Below, in pieces: positions 1 to 14,652 of a stretch of DNA of 64,000 bases. The position numbers and the translations under genes are program-made. The notes beneath the pieces are model-generated. The model was not told the DNA's origin. It did not search any database and worked only from the letters and a program-made list of their open reading frames with translations. Numbering within the stretch: the first letter of the stretch is position 1; every line of letters starts with the position of its first letter. Where the stretch lies: positions 63,798,001 to 63,862,000 of the forward strand of contig OX597815.1 of assembly GCA_951406725.2 (NCBI GenBank), given 5' to 3'. The stretch is from Octopus vulgaris. Lineage: Eukaryota.

Positions 1-465
1 TATACCCGTCATGACTACACGTTAGATAAGGGTACACCAGACACATACGTCACAAGCATATGTCCGCAAGACAGTGATGTCATATTAAGATAAACAGCCC
101 ATGACCTTGCAGTTTCAGTAGCCCATCCTGCTCATAAGATCCTTGAATAAGGTTCGTTTATGGATAACAAACAAAACACTCGTGTTTCCAGAGGTAACTT
201 ATTCAAACTCCAAAGTATTCCACTCAACATATGGTTATAATACTTCCCCGTCATTCCTGCGCGTAACATGAGATGCACACAGCGTCAGCCACTAAGAGAC
301 ACGCTCAGTTGGTTAGAGTCAAGTAATTGACAAGCAAATTTGTGTATTGAGCAGAATATTTGCTGCAGCCCATCTTTTGGACGAAGGTAAAACATGTACA
401 TAACACTTCCAATCAGTTAAGATTAGAAGTTATGAGAGTCATTGCTTGGTATAGCCTCAGAGCAT

Positions 466-491
466 CTCCTACTACTACTGCTGCTGCTGCT

Positions 492-548
<57 letters not shown>

Positions 549-585
549 TCATTATCCTCATTATTATTATTGTTATTATTATTTA
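466..585. repeat. (CTA)n/(TTA)n microsatellite
   Basis: Direct reading. The overlapping poly-L and poly-Y ORFs are artefacts of this tract. Confidence 0.95.
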
Positions 586-586
586 G

Positions 587-740
587 CAGGTAGAATCGTT
601 ATTGGGTCGGACAAATGCTTTGTGGTATACATTCCCGCTCTTTGCATTTTGAACCTAAATCCTTCAGAGAATAACGTTACCTTTTGCCCTCCGGGTTTGA
701 TTATATAAGGTCCCAGTTACGTACTGAGCTCGATGTTATA
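587..740 (+). mobile_element. Degenerate tRNA-derived SINE (Nin-domain-like type)
   Basis: Colinear but diverged match to the better-preserved copy at 46697-46915 (gtagaatcgtt...caaatgctt...ccagttacgtactgagctcgatg). Confidence 0.55.
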
Positions 741-1285
741 ATTAGAAACAAAAGCACACGTGAAATCCACTCAGATTTTATGACAAAACATCTCGGCAAA
801 GACAGCAACATCGAGAAAAGCAAGAAGTACAGTAACGACATCATCAACTAATCATCAGTTGCCACAAAATCAAAAATCAATTCCGTGTTTTGCAATTGTG
901 AATTGACTTAGGATTAGAAAACAATGCAAAGCTCAATCTGAGTAAGCTGTATTGCTTAGCCAGAACGTACGTAATCGCGCTTCCTCAGGAAGAGAAAAAG
1001 AACGAAAGAAAATGAACCATCATCCATAAATTTATAACCTGGGTCCTTATTCGTCAGAATCTACACTTCTCAGCTCACAGAACTGCGAACTGTCCCATTC
1101 TGTTGCTAGTTGCAGTAGACATCTGCCAAGCGATTTCTAAACAGCTTTGGCATATGAAGATAACGTTCATATATATATACATATATATATATGTAGAAAG
1201 AGGGAAAAGAGAAGAGAGAAAGACAGAGAAAGAGAGAGGGACAGTGTGTGTGTGTGTGCGCGCGCGCTGGGTTGGATTTTCTCAT

Positions 1286-2100
1286 GACTGACAATTCTTC
1301 TGTGATGATGACACTGAGGTGCTATTGCGGACAATATTGTTAATGTACCTGGTGCCACTGGTGCAGTTGCTATGGTTGCCGCTATAATTGTAAGTGTTGC
1401 CACTGTTGCTGATGTTAATGTGCGTTTTGATGTTATTATTGCTGTTCCTTTCCTAGCTCCTGCTGTTGCTGCTGCTGCTGCTTCCGCTACTTACGCTATT
1501 GCACGCTGTTGTTACGGCATTGGTCCCTTTCTTTCCCTTGTCCTGTTTTAGTTTTGTGGGCAGGGATATCTCGGGTGGTCGCTGGTACCACATAAAGGTA
1601 ACTTGGGCCTTCTTTTCTCAACTCTTCTGCAAAGAGATGAGGTCTGGAATTCTTTTTATGTGTCCCAGTTTAACTTGGAGAAGGATCTCCAGTATAGTCC
1701 CAGACCAATTCTCTAGCTTCGACATTTTTGTATTCAGGAGAGCATCGCTCCTTTCCGGTACAACACTTGTTCGCATCCACCAGAGATTCAGATCCGATTT
1801 TCTTAATCTGACTGTTCCTTTTCCACGTACGTAGAAAAGAGAGCGAACACTTCACCCCTCAAATATAACGTCAACCCCACCAAACTGCTTTGCTCTGGAT
1901 ATGTGATAGATGCCTTGCCATATATTATGGTGAAACCTCTTCACTTGTTGGTGCGTCACTTTTTCCAGGTGATGACTTTTTAAAGACACGTATCAACATA
2001 TAATTGTCTTTCTAGCCGTTCCAGCTGAAATATCCTCAGAGCGCTAGAGCAACTTCCTTCTCTCAGTTTTTCTTAACTGTAGCATGGGCTGTTCGTTCTC
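1286..2100 (-). pseudogene. Decayed reading frame resembling a non-LTR retrotransposon ORF1 (L1/Tx1-like), with an Asn/Ser-rich tail
   Basis: Manual minus-strand translation stays in one frame from 2100 to 1286 with about 5 internal stops: RKTIIC*YVSLKSHHLEKV...HISRAKQFGGVDVIFEG*...KLENWSGTILEILLQVKLGHIKRIPDLISL...VTFMWYQRPP...SNNNIK. The family assignment comes from remembered motif spacing only. Confidence 0.45.
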
Positions 2101-2962
2101 CAGTTATGCAGCTATACTGTTCGCTATGGAAGGCCACTTCACGAAGGAAATCATGCCAAAGTTGCCACAACTGCTGCTGTTGTTGTTATTTTTGGAGGAG
2201 CTATTGCGTTTTATTTGCCCCCTGCTACTGCTCTTATCGCCACTTCTGCACAGTTATTTCTGTTGTAGTAGTTGCTTATGTTGTGTCGCTGTCGTTGCTA
2301 TTGTTGTTGTTCAAGTTGCTGTTGCTGTTGTTAAAAACTTGGTTGTCCGCTTCATAAATGCTACTGTCGTTAACACGATATTGTCGTAAATAAAGAAATT
2401 GTAACTGTTACTGTTTCAGTCGTTGTTGCTGATCTCGCGTTCACCCCTACTATAAATACTAACTTAACATCCACAGAACTGCATGATCTGTTTTCAATAT
2501 CACTGCGATTTGTATCTCTGTTGGCGGCAGAGAGATTTGAAGAAACAGGAGAGAAGTTCTCACTAAGAAGACTGGTAGTGATTGGGACAGCTTTGTCCAC
2601 TACTATGTCGCATAGTCTATTAGTGGCGTATTTTTACTTGCAACGGCATTATTTTAGACATGAAAAAATATGATGTTAAAAGTTGTGTGCCCTTTCCCTC
2701 AGAAATGATGGTTTGTAAGGATTATCTGTGATGACCTCCCTCACTTTACACAGTGAAGTAGGGAGACCTTATTTAAAGCATTGCACAAAAATCTTAACAA
2801 AACAAAAACCGAAGAAACTTGTGGGAACCGAAGGGTAGCACAACCAACACAAATCAACAAATAAATGATGACGATGCTGGTGATGATGATGATGACGACG
2901 ACGACGACGACAACAACGATGATGACGAGGAAAGGGTTTAGTTGAGACTATCGATCCCAGTA

Positions 2963-3004
<42 letters not shown>

Positions 3005-3230
3005 GGAGAGGATGAGGAGGGGAAGAGAAGAAAGGAGCGGAGGGGGACGACACACAACGACAGTAATGCAAAATGTTATAGAAATATGAAAAATAAAAAT
3101 GAATAATGAAGGGTGAAAATAAATTAAGAAAACAACAAATTAAACAAAATAATGGCATTCGAAAATAACAATAACACGAACTGTAATAATTAAAAACAAA
3201 CTCATCAACACTAGCGAAGCAGCAGTAGCT

Positions 3231-3287
<57 letters not shown>

Positions 3288-4467
3288 AGAGCGAAAAGAA
3301 CAACAACTACTACAACAACGTCTAGTGAAACAAGAAATATATATATATATAAACAAAACGAGTAAAAAAATTCTTTCCTAAGTAACGCGAATGTTAACAT
3401 TAGCCTAGGAGGCAGCAACAACAAAATAAACATAAATAACAACAGCCACATCAACAACAACGACAACATGATAAGGATTAATACCAACCATAGTGACAAC
3501 AACATTATTAACAACAAGAACGACAACAACAATACTAGACGTGTTTTAATCAATGGTACATTGATTGGTAAACAGCTGCGCCATTGGGCCTCGTTTTGGT
3601 ATTTATTGACAATAGGCGTTTGTATTGGCTGATTCTAGTTCATACATCCGTTAGTTTCTCTCTCTCTCTCTTTTACCCCGTTCTCTACATCGCCCACCTT
3701 TTTCTAGCTCGACTCTTTTTCTTTCTTTTTCTTTCCTTCTTTCCTTTGCTCTTTTCCCCTTTACACGCTCACGCGCAGAATTATATATATATATATATAT
3801 AATATATAATTCTGTGTGTGAGTGTGTAAAGAGGGAAAGAGCGCACACGCGTGTGTGTATACATACACACACACATATATATATGCCCTATACTTTTCTC
3901 TCATCCCTCCTTTTCAGTTCTGCCATAGTCTCATTTCCTTCACACACACATGCATGCATGCATGCATGTATATACGTATGTACATATATGTACACAGACA
4001 CACATGCAGTCAGAGGTAAACACATGGTTGCAAAAGGTGGGAGAAAATAGTACTCGAATATATGAGGTAGAATAAAATATAGTGTTTTACTGAAGCAGAA
4101 AAAAAGCTTGAGAGATTTCTGTGAGTTTTAGGTTACTGATCATCGGACAGATGATCGGTGACATGAAACTCTGAGTAACAGTTTATGGAGTTTTTCAGTT
4201 TCAATAAAAGTGCTTGTGTGTGTTCGTGCGCGCCCGCATGTGCGTATGTATGTATGTATGTATGTATGTATGTATGTATTTATGCATGTATGTATGTATG
4301 TATGTATGTATGTATGTATGTATGTATGTATGTATGTATGTGCGTGTGTGCTTGTATGTCTGTATATCTACATTTGTATGTCATATTTTAGGTATCGGAA
4401 CCAATAAGCATTTCGGTTGAATATACATATCGTCCTTTCTATGTCGCTCTCTTTTTGTTCCTCTTCC

Positions 4468-4523
<56 letters not shown>

Positions 4524-4898
4524 TCTCTCTTCTTTCCTTTTATCTTAATATGTATGTGAGTGCGTATGTTTGAATCTCTGTGTACGCGTGTGTGTGTATG
4601 TTGAATCAGATGTTCAGATGCAGATGACATCAATTTCGATTCTTACTGTCATTTTCATCAACTCGAGGTCGTACCTAGGAATTATCTTGGAATGCCGGTA
4701 AATGTGGATATATTTGAGAATAAGCGAAGGCCGAAAATTATCAAAGTCTCCATACTGAATATTAATTCATACTGTTTGTCGAAAGAACCCAATTCTGTGA
4801 CGTCTCTTGAGAATTTCGCGGTTGGAACGTAAAACGTAAAAGCAATCAAATTTTCACTAATTTGTTGAAAGAATGAACCGTGAAATATGCGGAAAAAA

Positions 4899-4983
<85 letters not shown>

Positions 4984-5715
4984 TTAAGGTGAATCGATTA
5001 AACAATTTACTTTTAAAATGTCAATACGTTTCATTATTGAAAATATGTCCTTTTAATTGGTTGTGGTGGAGTAGAAATACAGCATAGATATGCAAGAAAA
5101 CAACGTTTCTAATGCTCAGATATTTAATTTTTCTAGTTTCAACTTTGGTTTTCATTATTTAATGATAAAAAAAGGTGGCGAGATGGCAGAATCATTGGCT
5201 CGCCGGACAACATCCTTTACGACTGGTCGTTTATTTTAAGCATACAGATAGGATGAAAAGCAATGGCGACGCCAGAATTTTTGACGACGCTCCAAAGATT
5301 CTGTCAATAAGTCCTAGGATCAATTTAATCCACGACTAACGACAAGACTCTCATAAACATGGCTGACCTGGTGCTTAGATTTCAAACAATTACTATTTCC
5401 GTTATTACTACAAATGCCCCCTCCCACCCCGCCACCCCACAATGTTGCTGCCCCGCACTGCGCCCATCGCTGTGTTATCTAAACTTATCTGACGAATTCT
5501 GTTAAATCTCAGCAAAAGAAAACAAACCAGCTGACTGTAACAGAGATACAGCAGAGAGTATCTTGACATGGTTTTCATGTTGACTTAGAGCTACCTTTAT
5601 CTACTGACAGGATGTTCCAACATATATACTCTCGGGCATCTTTATCGCACTAAATCGCTTCGTCTCTCTCACTCTCTCTCACTCTCCTCTCTTTCTCTCT
5701 CTCTCACTCTTTCTT

Positions 5716-5766
<51 letters not shown>

Positions 5767-5767
<1 letters not shown>

Positions 5768-6068
5768 GCAATGGCCCAGTGGTTAGGGCAGTGAACTCAC
5801 GGTCGCAAGATCGCGGTTTCGATTCCCAGACAGGGCATTGTGAGTGTTTATTGAGTGAAAACACCTAAAGCTCCACGACGATCCGGCAGGGGTTGGTGGT
5901 GATCCCTGCTGTACTCTTTCACCACAACTTTTGCTCACTCTTTCTTCTGTTGGCCTGCTCGCTTAGCCAACGGGGTGGCGTCATTGAAGGCTAAAACAAG
6001 GCAAAGCGCATTGTGACCAGCGATGTGTAGCAACATCTGATGGCCTGGTCGGTCACGTGATCACGTGA
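5767..6068 (+). mobile_element. tRNA-derived SINE
   Basis: A-box TGGCCCAGTGG and B-box-like GGTTTCGATTCC in a tRNA-like head, about 300 bp long, flanked by (CT)n and (CA)n/(TA)n. Confidence 0.8.
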
Positions 6069-6069
6069 T

Positions 6070-6148
<79 letters not shown>

Positions 6149-6151
6149 ATA

Positions 6152-6363
6152 CAGACACTCTGTCGGTTACGACGACGAGGGTTCCAGTTGATCCGATCAA
6201 CGGAACAGCCTGCTATTGAAATTCAGGCTGGCCTTTTGAAATACAGGTTAAAACTCATTTTTATCAGCTGAGTGGAATGGAGCAAGGTTAACAAATCTTG
6301 GGTAATTGAAGTGACGACTTTATGATCTTGAGCCGAACACCCTAACCACTAAACCACGTGCCT

Positions 6364-6368
<5 letters not shown>
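6152..6368 (-). mobile_element. Internally deleted SINE (type B)
   Basis: Reverse complement of the tail ctgttccgttgatcggatcaactggaaccctcgtcgtcgtaaccgac also seen at 7585-7640 and 23940-23990. The tRNA-like head lies at about 6320-6365. Confidence 0.7.
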
Positions 6369-6406
<38 letters not shown>

Positions 6407-6409
<3 letters not shown>

Positions 6410-6561
6410 TGGTTGTGTGGTAAGTAACTTACTTACGAACCACATGGTTCCGGGTTCAGTCCCACTGCGTGGCATCTTGGGCATGTGTCTTCTACTATAG
6501 CCTCGGCCTGACCAAAGCCTTGTGAGTGGATTTAGTAGACGGAAACTGAAAGAAGCCCGTC

Positions 6562-6611
<50 letters not shown>

Positions 6612-6840
6612 TTGTGTGCGTGTATACGTTTGTGTGTCTGTGTTTGTCCCCTGAACATCGCTTGACAACCGATGCTGGTGTGTTTACGCCACCGTAATTT
6701 AGCGGTTCGGCAAAAGCGACCGATAGAATAAGTACTAGGCTTACAAAGAATAAGTCCTGGGGTCGAGTTGCTCGACTAAAAGTGGTGCTCCAACACGATC
6801 ACAGTCAAATGACTGAAACAAGTTTTTAAAAAGAGTAAAG
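6407..6840 (+). mobile_element. Abundant bipartite SINE (type A): tRNA head, internal microsatellite, LINE-like tail
   Basis: Head gtgtggtaag...GGTTCAGTCCC, body ttgggca.gtgtcttctactatagc...gaaactgaaagaagcccgtcg, an internal (TA)n(TG)n tract, and tail ggtgctcc...cagtcaaatgactgaaacaagt. At least eight related copies occur in the window. Confidence 0.9.
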
Positions 6841-7042
6841 AGTTGTTGTTTTTGGCATCCTTTTGTCTCGGGAGACAATGGAGTTGCGCATAAACTAATT
6901 AATCCAGTCTGGTTTTACATTTCATGTCCTCTCCAGGTTCCTCTTCAGGTTCCTCTCCAGTTTTGCGCAGGCCTGGGTTAGATGTAAGAAAATCCTGGGT
7001 AGCCCAATCATCAGGATTCCTCTCTCGATCTTGCTGATCTTG

Positions 7043-7080
<38 letters not shown>

Positions 7081-7092
7081 CATATATATATG

Positions 7093-7220
<128 letters not shown>

Positions 7221-7459
7221 CATATAAAATAGGAATTAGAGATAAAATCACTATTAAGCAACACAAATAGTGATAGACATAAACCACTACATAAATGACA
7301 AATAATATAATATATAATAGATATATATATATATAATATATATATTTTTGTGACGTACTGAGGAGTCCGCGATATAACTTTACATACATTAACTAGAAAA
7401 ATCCGCGATGTACTGAGGGCGCGATAGGTAAACCACGATATAGCTAGGGATTTCTGTAT

Positions 7460-7642
7460 ATGTACCTGTGTTTCAAAAGGGCAGACTTGTCACATTTTGT
7501 ATCACGCTGAGTCTCCCTGACAACTACGTTAAAGTTACACATGTTTGTGAATGCTCAGGTACTTGTGGGTAACTTCAATAGCAAGCTGTTCTGTTGATCG
7601 GATCAACTGGAACCATCGTCGTCGTAAACGACGGAGTGACTG
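7460..7642 (+). mobile_element. SINE type B, 3' part
   Basis: Matches the 3' half of the copy at 23740-23995 and the reverse complement of 6152-6250. Confidence 0.7.
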
Positions 7643-7681
<39 letters not shown>

Positions 7682-7729
7682 TATATATAATATAAATATA
7701 TATATAATATATATAATATATATAATATA

Positions 7730-8059
7730 GGGTAAAGACCCCCTTCGGTCATGAATGACCATGGGATTGCACCTAGAAAGTTACCCTCCTAGACACAAGT
7801 CCGGGCAAGGTTGTTTATGGAAGGCTAGCAGTCGCCCATGCATACCAGCCTCCCCTCTCCACGCCACCAGTGTTATCCAAGGGAAAGACAAAGGTCGATA
7901 AAGCTTGGCACCTGTGACGTCGCAACTCATTTCTACAGCTGAGTGAACTGGAGCAACGTGAAATAAAGTGCCTTGCTCGAGAACACAACACGCAGCCCGG
8001 TCGGGATTCGAGCTCACAACCTCACGATCGTAAGCTCGACGCTCTAACCACTGAGCCAT
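7730..8059 (-). mobile_element. tRNA-derived SINE (shares head and central domain with type B, different tail)
   Basis: The minus strand reads TGGCTCAGTGG (A box)...GCTCGAATCC (B-box-like)...gagcaaggcactttatttcacgttgctccagttcactcagctg, a central block also present at 23810-23860. Confidence 0.85.
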
Positions 8060-9110
<1,051 letters not shown>

Positions 9111-10416
9111 CTTCCGGTTTATATATACTTCCGGTTTCGTAGAGAAAAGACGTGTTTTCTTTGGCTCTGTGAAAAAAACAAAAAGGTTTTGCATAAATTG
9201 ACGAAATAATCTACTAGAACTGACAAAAACGTAGAGCTTGTTATCTTATAACGGTCTACTAAAATATATTAATTAAAAACGTAATATATTTCGCTTGAAG
9301 CCAAATATTATACATTAAAGTTAGTTACTCATGCTAGATTCTTCGCCGAAAAGCACGTGGTGGCAAATCTTTAATTTATCTGCAGCCAAATGTAAGAAGG
9401 AAAAAGAATTGTTCTCTTTTCTTTTTTGAAAGAAAACATCTTCGTACAAGCACGAGGATTTGGATTGTACCTTTTGCGATAAGTATCATTTTCATTTGTT
9501 TGTGTATTTTTATTTTATTTTCCTTTAATGTAAGGTAACATCTGAGTTACGAATTACGACGCCATCTTTGTTTACATTCTGAGAATAACTTTCTTTCAAT
9601 TTCTGTTTCAGCATCCACTTCGCTTTCAATCTCTAAAACTCTATAAAACTAATATTTGAAAATTCTTTTCACTTGTTTATTTTCCTGTGGTTTAAGTTAA
9701 CATCTGAGTTACGACTGAGTTAGAAAATATAATCGTAATTAGTTTAGAATTATATATCTCTTTATTTTCCCCACCTCTTCATATCTACCTCTCGCCCTTC
9801 CTTTATCTCTCTTTACGCTTTCTCTTTCCCTCTCTTTTGCATATATCTCTCTTTTTCTCATCTCTCTCCCTCCCTTTCATATCCTTCTCTTTTCTCATTT
9901 CTCTTTTCTTTCCATCTCACATCTATCTCTCATCTCGTCACCTCACCCCCTCTCTCTCTCTCTCTCATATACTTCTCATTTGCCCATTCTTCTCACACCG
10001 TCTCTCCCTCTCTCTCACATCCTTCATCCTGTCTCTCCTTCACTCTGTCTCCCTTTCTCTTGCTATCCTCTCCCTCCCTCTGTTTCTTTTTCTCTTCCCC
10101 TCCTCTTCTTCTTCACTCTGCCTGTCTTTCTCTTCCCCTCTTCTCCTTCACTCTGTCTCTTTCTATTCCCCTCCTCTCCCTCACGTTGTCTCTCTTTCTC
10201 TCCCCCTCCTCTACCTTCCTCTATCTCATTAACACGCCCCACCCCCTTGCTTTCCTCCTATCACCCTCCCTATTTCTTTCATAGCACCTCTCTCTTTCCT
10301 TCATATCTCCCTCTCTCTTTCCCTATTTACTCCCTCTGTGTTTCTCCGTCTCTGCCTCTCTCTATCTCTCATTACCTCTCTAGCCTCTACTCCCCCTCTG
10401 GGCTTCAAAAACGAAG

Positions 10417-11243
10417 ATGGCACCAAAGTGGGAAAAGAAAGAGTTAAGTCTTTTGCTAAGAGCATGGACGATTGCTAGTGGCGATCCGCCAAACAACATC
10501 ATCACTGCTGCGTTAAAGAACAATGGCTTTCATAGAACCATTGACCAGATAGAGCGGAAGAAAAGTGAGTTTATCCGGTCTTACATGCTTATAAGACCAC
10601 ACATCGAAACATTGGATAACATAATTCAAAATTATTGTGGCAAGGATAATGAGGACGAAGAGGAGGAAAAAGAAAAAGAACCCGGAAGTCTCTGTAATCC
10701 AGAAGTTCCTCAAGAAAATGGATCACCTACCCCGGTGAACGACCAGGCAGTGAAGGATAGGGGAGCCAATGGAGCAGAAACTGGAATTCCCCCTGTACCA
10801 GTGGTCCTACAAAGAAATGAGAAATTAGAAAAACAGAAGGAAAAAGGAAGGACGGAAAACAAAAATAAGGAGAGAAAGGAAGGAAAAGGCAAAACAACCA
10901 AAGCTGAAACCCCAACCTACCACACAAACAGCAGAAAGCCCATGGAGGATCCAATGCTACCCAGTACAGTTCAGGAAAGAAGAAATCTGGAAGGCACCGA
11001 AGAAACTGTAAATTCTACCTGCGGGGTAAATGTTGGCATGGGGAGGACGGCAAAAACTGTCGGTTCGCCTACCCGATACCCCGCCAGAACTTCAGGGAAC
11101 TCAAAGACTTACTGAGGGAAGACAAGAAATGTCTTCCAGGAAAACATTCAGAAAAGAAGTGTGCTCCTCAGATGTTCTGCGCAATGCAGCAGCTGAGCAA
11201 GAGTCTCTTTTGTGCATGGCGCAAAGGATTGTCCAGCAGCTAA
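10417..11243 (+). pseudogene. LINE ORF1 with an N-terminal Myb/SANT-like (trihelix-type) domain and a frameshifted CCCH zinc-finger region
   Basis: KWEKKELSLLLRAW...ITAALKNNGFHRTIDQIERKKSEFIRSY fits the W..E...L...W...L...G+.RT..Q...K...Y pattern. A different frame from 11007 reads CKFYLRGKCWHGEDGKNCRFAYP (C-x7-C-x8-C-x3-Y in place of H). Confidence 0.65.
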
Positions 11244-11316
11244 CCTGGCTACACCAAGCACAAAGAAGGAACCCTGCCCACCACTATGCAAGACCACCAC
11301 AGTCAACAGACACGGG

Positions 11317-14300
11317 ATGGCCTCCCCTAACGCCTGCACAGCCGTCACCCCAATACTTTTACTAAATATTGGGGGCCTGTTGCATCAAAATAGAAACAAA
11401 ATTTCTTTCCTGAGAGATCTTACTGCATGCAATCAAGCCCTATGCATAGCACTCGTGGAAACTCACCTCAGCCCTGATATAGAGGACGCAGAAGTACACG
11501 TACCAAACTATGCCATACTGCGAACAGACAGAAGGGAAAGGAGCCATGGTGGAGTTGCTATATACATCTGAGATGACCTCACACCCCAGGTATTACGATC
11601 TATGAAATTCGGTATGTGACACTGTTAGAATACGATCATACGTGAGGTGTTTCGGTGACATATTTCTCCTCTTGTACAACAGCGTCCGGCCGCATCCCAA
11701 CATAACATAACACAATGTTATATATGCCATAATACATGTTTGTATGCAGTGCCAGAGTAGATGAATAAAGGACGCCAAAAACCGTTCTACTTTAATAAAG
11801 AGAAGATAGATTTATTTCACAGTGTACAAAGTGATTTGTTATTATTAGCGTAGTGTTGTGTCATGAATGCATGCTTATAATATTTGTGTCTGTGTGTTCG
11901 TGTGTGCAACAGAAGTACAGAATAAGATATGCAAATACAACAGAGTATGAGAGAAGTCTCAACATTTTGAGTTAAAATGAAGTTATTTTACCAGTTCATG
12001 TAGTACACGATAATGAGTTCTATACAAGATTTGAGTCTCGGAGCTGAGATTAGTTGAGTCACTTGTTGTGCATATTTTTCTCTTGATATAGATATTCTTT
12101 CAGATATATATACTGCAACTGTTTTTCCGTGGTGAGATTTTCCCACTAACAGCATGAGTTGAATCTGTATTTATCTTGTGTACAAGTTGAAATCTTCGTA
12201 GAGGGAGACGATGTTGGTGATGACGTTCTGTCTGTCGCTGGCTTACAATAGCGTCTTCATATTATAGTTGGCTTGGCTGTCGTGTGCCTTTCGAACTGGA
12301 ACATGGTTGAGTAAGCTCTCTGTGGTCTCCGACCAAGACCTTAAAAGGTCTTAAGCCGAAAGACCTTGAATCGTGATATATCAGCCTATTTAAATAGTTA
12401 AGATGGCTCAAATGAAAAGTCCTATCCGAAAGCCGTGATTGGTCAGTTTACACACTGGCGCGAAATAAGTAGATAGAGACCGCGCTTAGATGCTAACCAA
12501 TCATATCAGCGGACACAACAAGGTTAAACTAGCCAAAGATGTTTGTAATCTCAAACGAGATCATTCTTAATATTTTTCTCAAACAGTGAAGATAGCAATG
12601 AAGAAAGCAATATTGCTACAACACTTTAATTTTATACTTAAGACAACATAATATAGTCATATGCAATACATATTGCCCACCTGATGCTCCAAATCACATA
12701 GGCAAGTTTGAAGATTGCCTCACAAGAATGAAAGAAATCCTCATGAATCTGGAACACCACGTGACCATATTTCTTATGGGTGATTTCAACTTCCCCAACG
12801 TCAAATGGCCCGAAGGTCTCATACTCTCAGGAATGAATCATTGCAAGCAAGTACAGGTGGAGTCCCTGCTCAACCTCACCAATGCCTTATTCATGGAGCA
12901 AGTTGTACTCAAACCAACTAGGGCGAATAACATTCTGGATCTCTGCTTCACGAACAATATGGACATCATTCATTATGTGAAAGTGACACCGACATTAGTC
13001 TCGGATCACAAAATAATAGAGCTGTCTATGTTTGGGCCGAAAGTAACCAGAGACATACAGCATAAAGGAAGCACCCGAAATCTCTCCAATCTGAACTTCC
13101 ACAAAGCAGATTGGAAATCGATCCAAAAAGAGATCCTCAGAGAGGACTGTCTGGAATGTCTCTCCACACCAGACATTGACATGAAACTAGAATGTTTCAT
13201 GTCTTCTGTACAAGCCGTATGCCAGAAATATGTCCCAGAGCACAAGGTCAAAACAAATAGGAGCAAGATTCCAAGAGACAGGAAGATCCTCATGAGATGA
13301 CGGTGGAAGGTTGCAAATCGACTTAACCAACATCCCAAAAGTAGCGAAACGTTCCGCCTAAAAACAACACTGATGGAGATCGAAAAAAGGCTGCAACAAT
13401 CCTATGTGAGGGAGAGAGCAGACAAAGAAGCCTGGGTTATAAAAAACATTATATCAAACAAGTGAACGAACCAGTGGACTTGTTTGCCGCCTCACCTATA
13501 ACCAGCGAGGCAGTTACAATAGAATATATTGACATTAGTGAAGAAGATGTCCTACTAGCCATAGATGAAGTGGACACAAACTCAACTGCTGGTCCTGATG
13601 GTTTCCCAGCAATCTTCCTCAAAGCCTGTAAGCATGACCTGGCAAAACCCCTCAAGATTCTCTTCCAGAGCTTTCTTACAAACGGCAAACTGCCAAGCAA
13701 GTTGAAGGAGGGAATAATATGCCCAATACATAAAGCGGGGAGTAGAGCAGATGCCAAAATCTATAGGCTTATCTCTTTGACTTCACACATCAGCAAAGTC
13801 ATGGAACGGATAGTCAGAAAGAAACTAATGGCATTCCTTGAGGAAAATAACTTGCTGAGTGATACCCAGCATGGTTTTCGACCAGGTAGGACCCAGCTCT
13901 TACAGCATTATGACGGGGTGTTGAGGCAGTTACTCAACAAATCAAATGTGGACGTAATCTACCTTGATTTTGCAAAAGCTTTTGACAAGGTGGATCATGG
14001 TATGATATGCCACAAACTGCGTGACCTCGGCATAGCTGGAAAATTTGGAGTGTGGTTACATGACTTCCTGAAAGATAGGAGTCAGGCAGTAGTGGTTAAT
14101 AGAGCCACCTCTATGAACACACAAATAGTGAGTGGTGTTCCACAGGGCACTGTCTTGGGACCACTGCTTTTTATAGTGACCCTCTCAGATATGCCCTCAA
14201 ATGCCCGGATAGCCACTCTGGCAAGCTATGCAGACGATACGAAAGTCTCGCAGAAAATACAGAACCCCAGCGATGTTGCACACCTGCAGCAGGAGTTGGA

Positions 14301-14652
14301 CTCAATCTACAAATGGGCTGAAGATAATAATATGCAGTTTAATGCTGAAAAATTCCAGGCCCTGCGCTACCAGCATCCAAAACTGAATATTAAACTTACA
14401 GGGTACACCGGTCCAAGGGAATTTCAATCCCAGAGCGTAAGTCTGTGAGGGACCTGGGTATCGACATGAGTGATGATACCTCTTTCCAAGTGCACATTAC
14501 CAGGATGGTGACAAAGTGCAGCCGACTGGCTGGATGTATCCTAAGAACATTCAGAACCAGAGATAAGGAAACCATGATGGTCCTCTGGCGGACATTCGTC
14601 CTCAGCCGCCTGGATTACTGCTCACAGCTATGGTCACCCACCAGTGTGAAAT

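Noticed and set aside
1560-1620. AQVTFMWYQRPPE as a BAH-domain WFYRPE motif
   Set aside because: The surrounding frame lacks other BAH features and fits a retroelement ORF1 remnant better.
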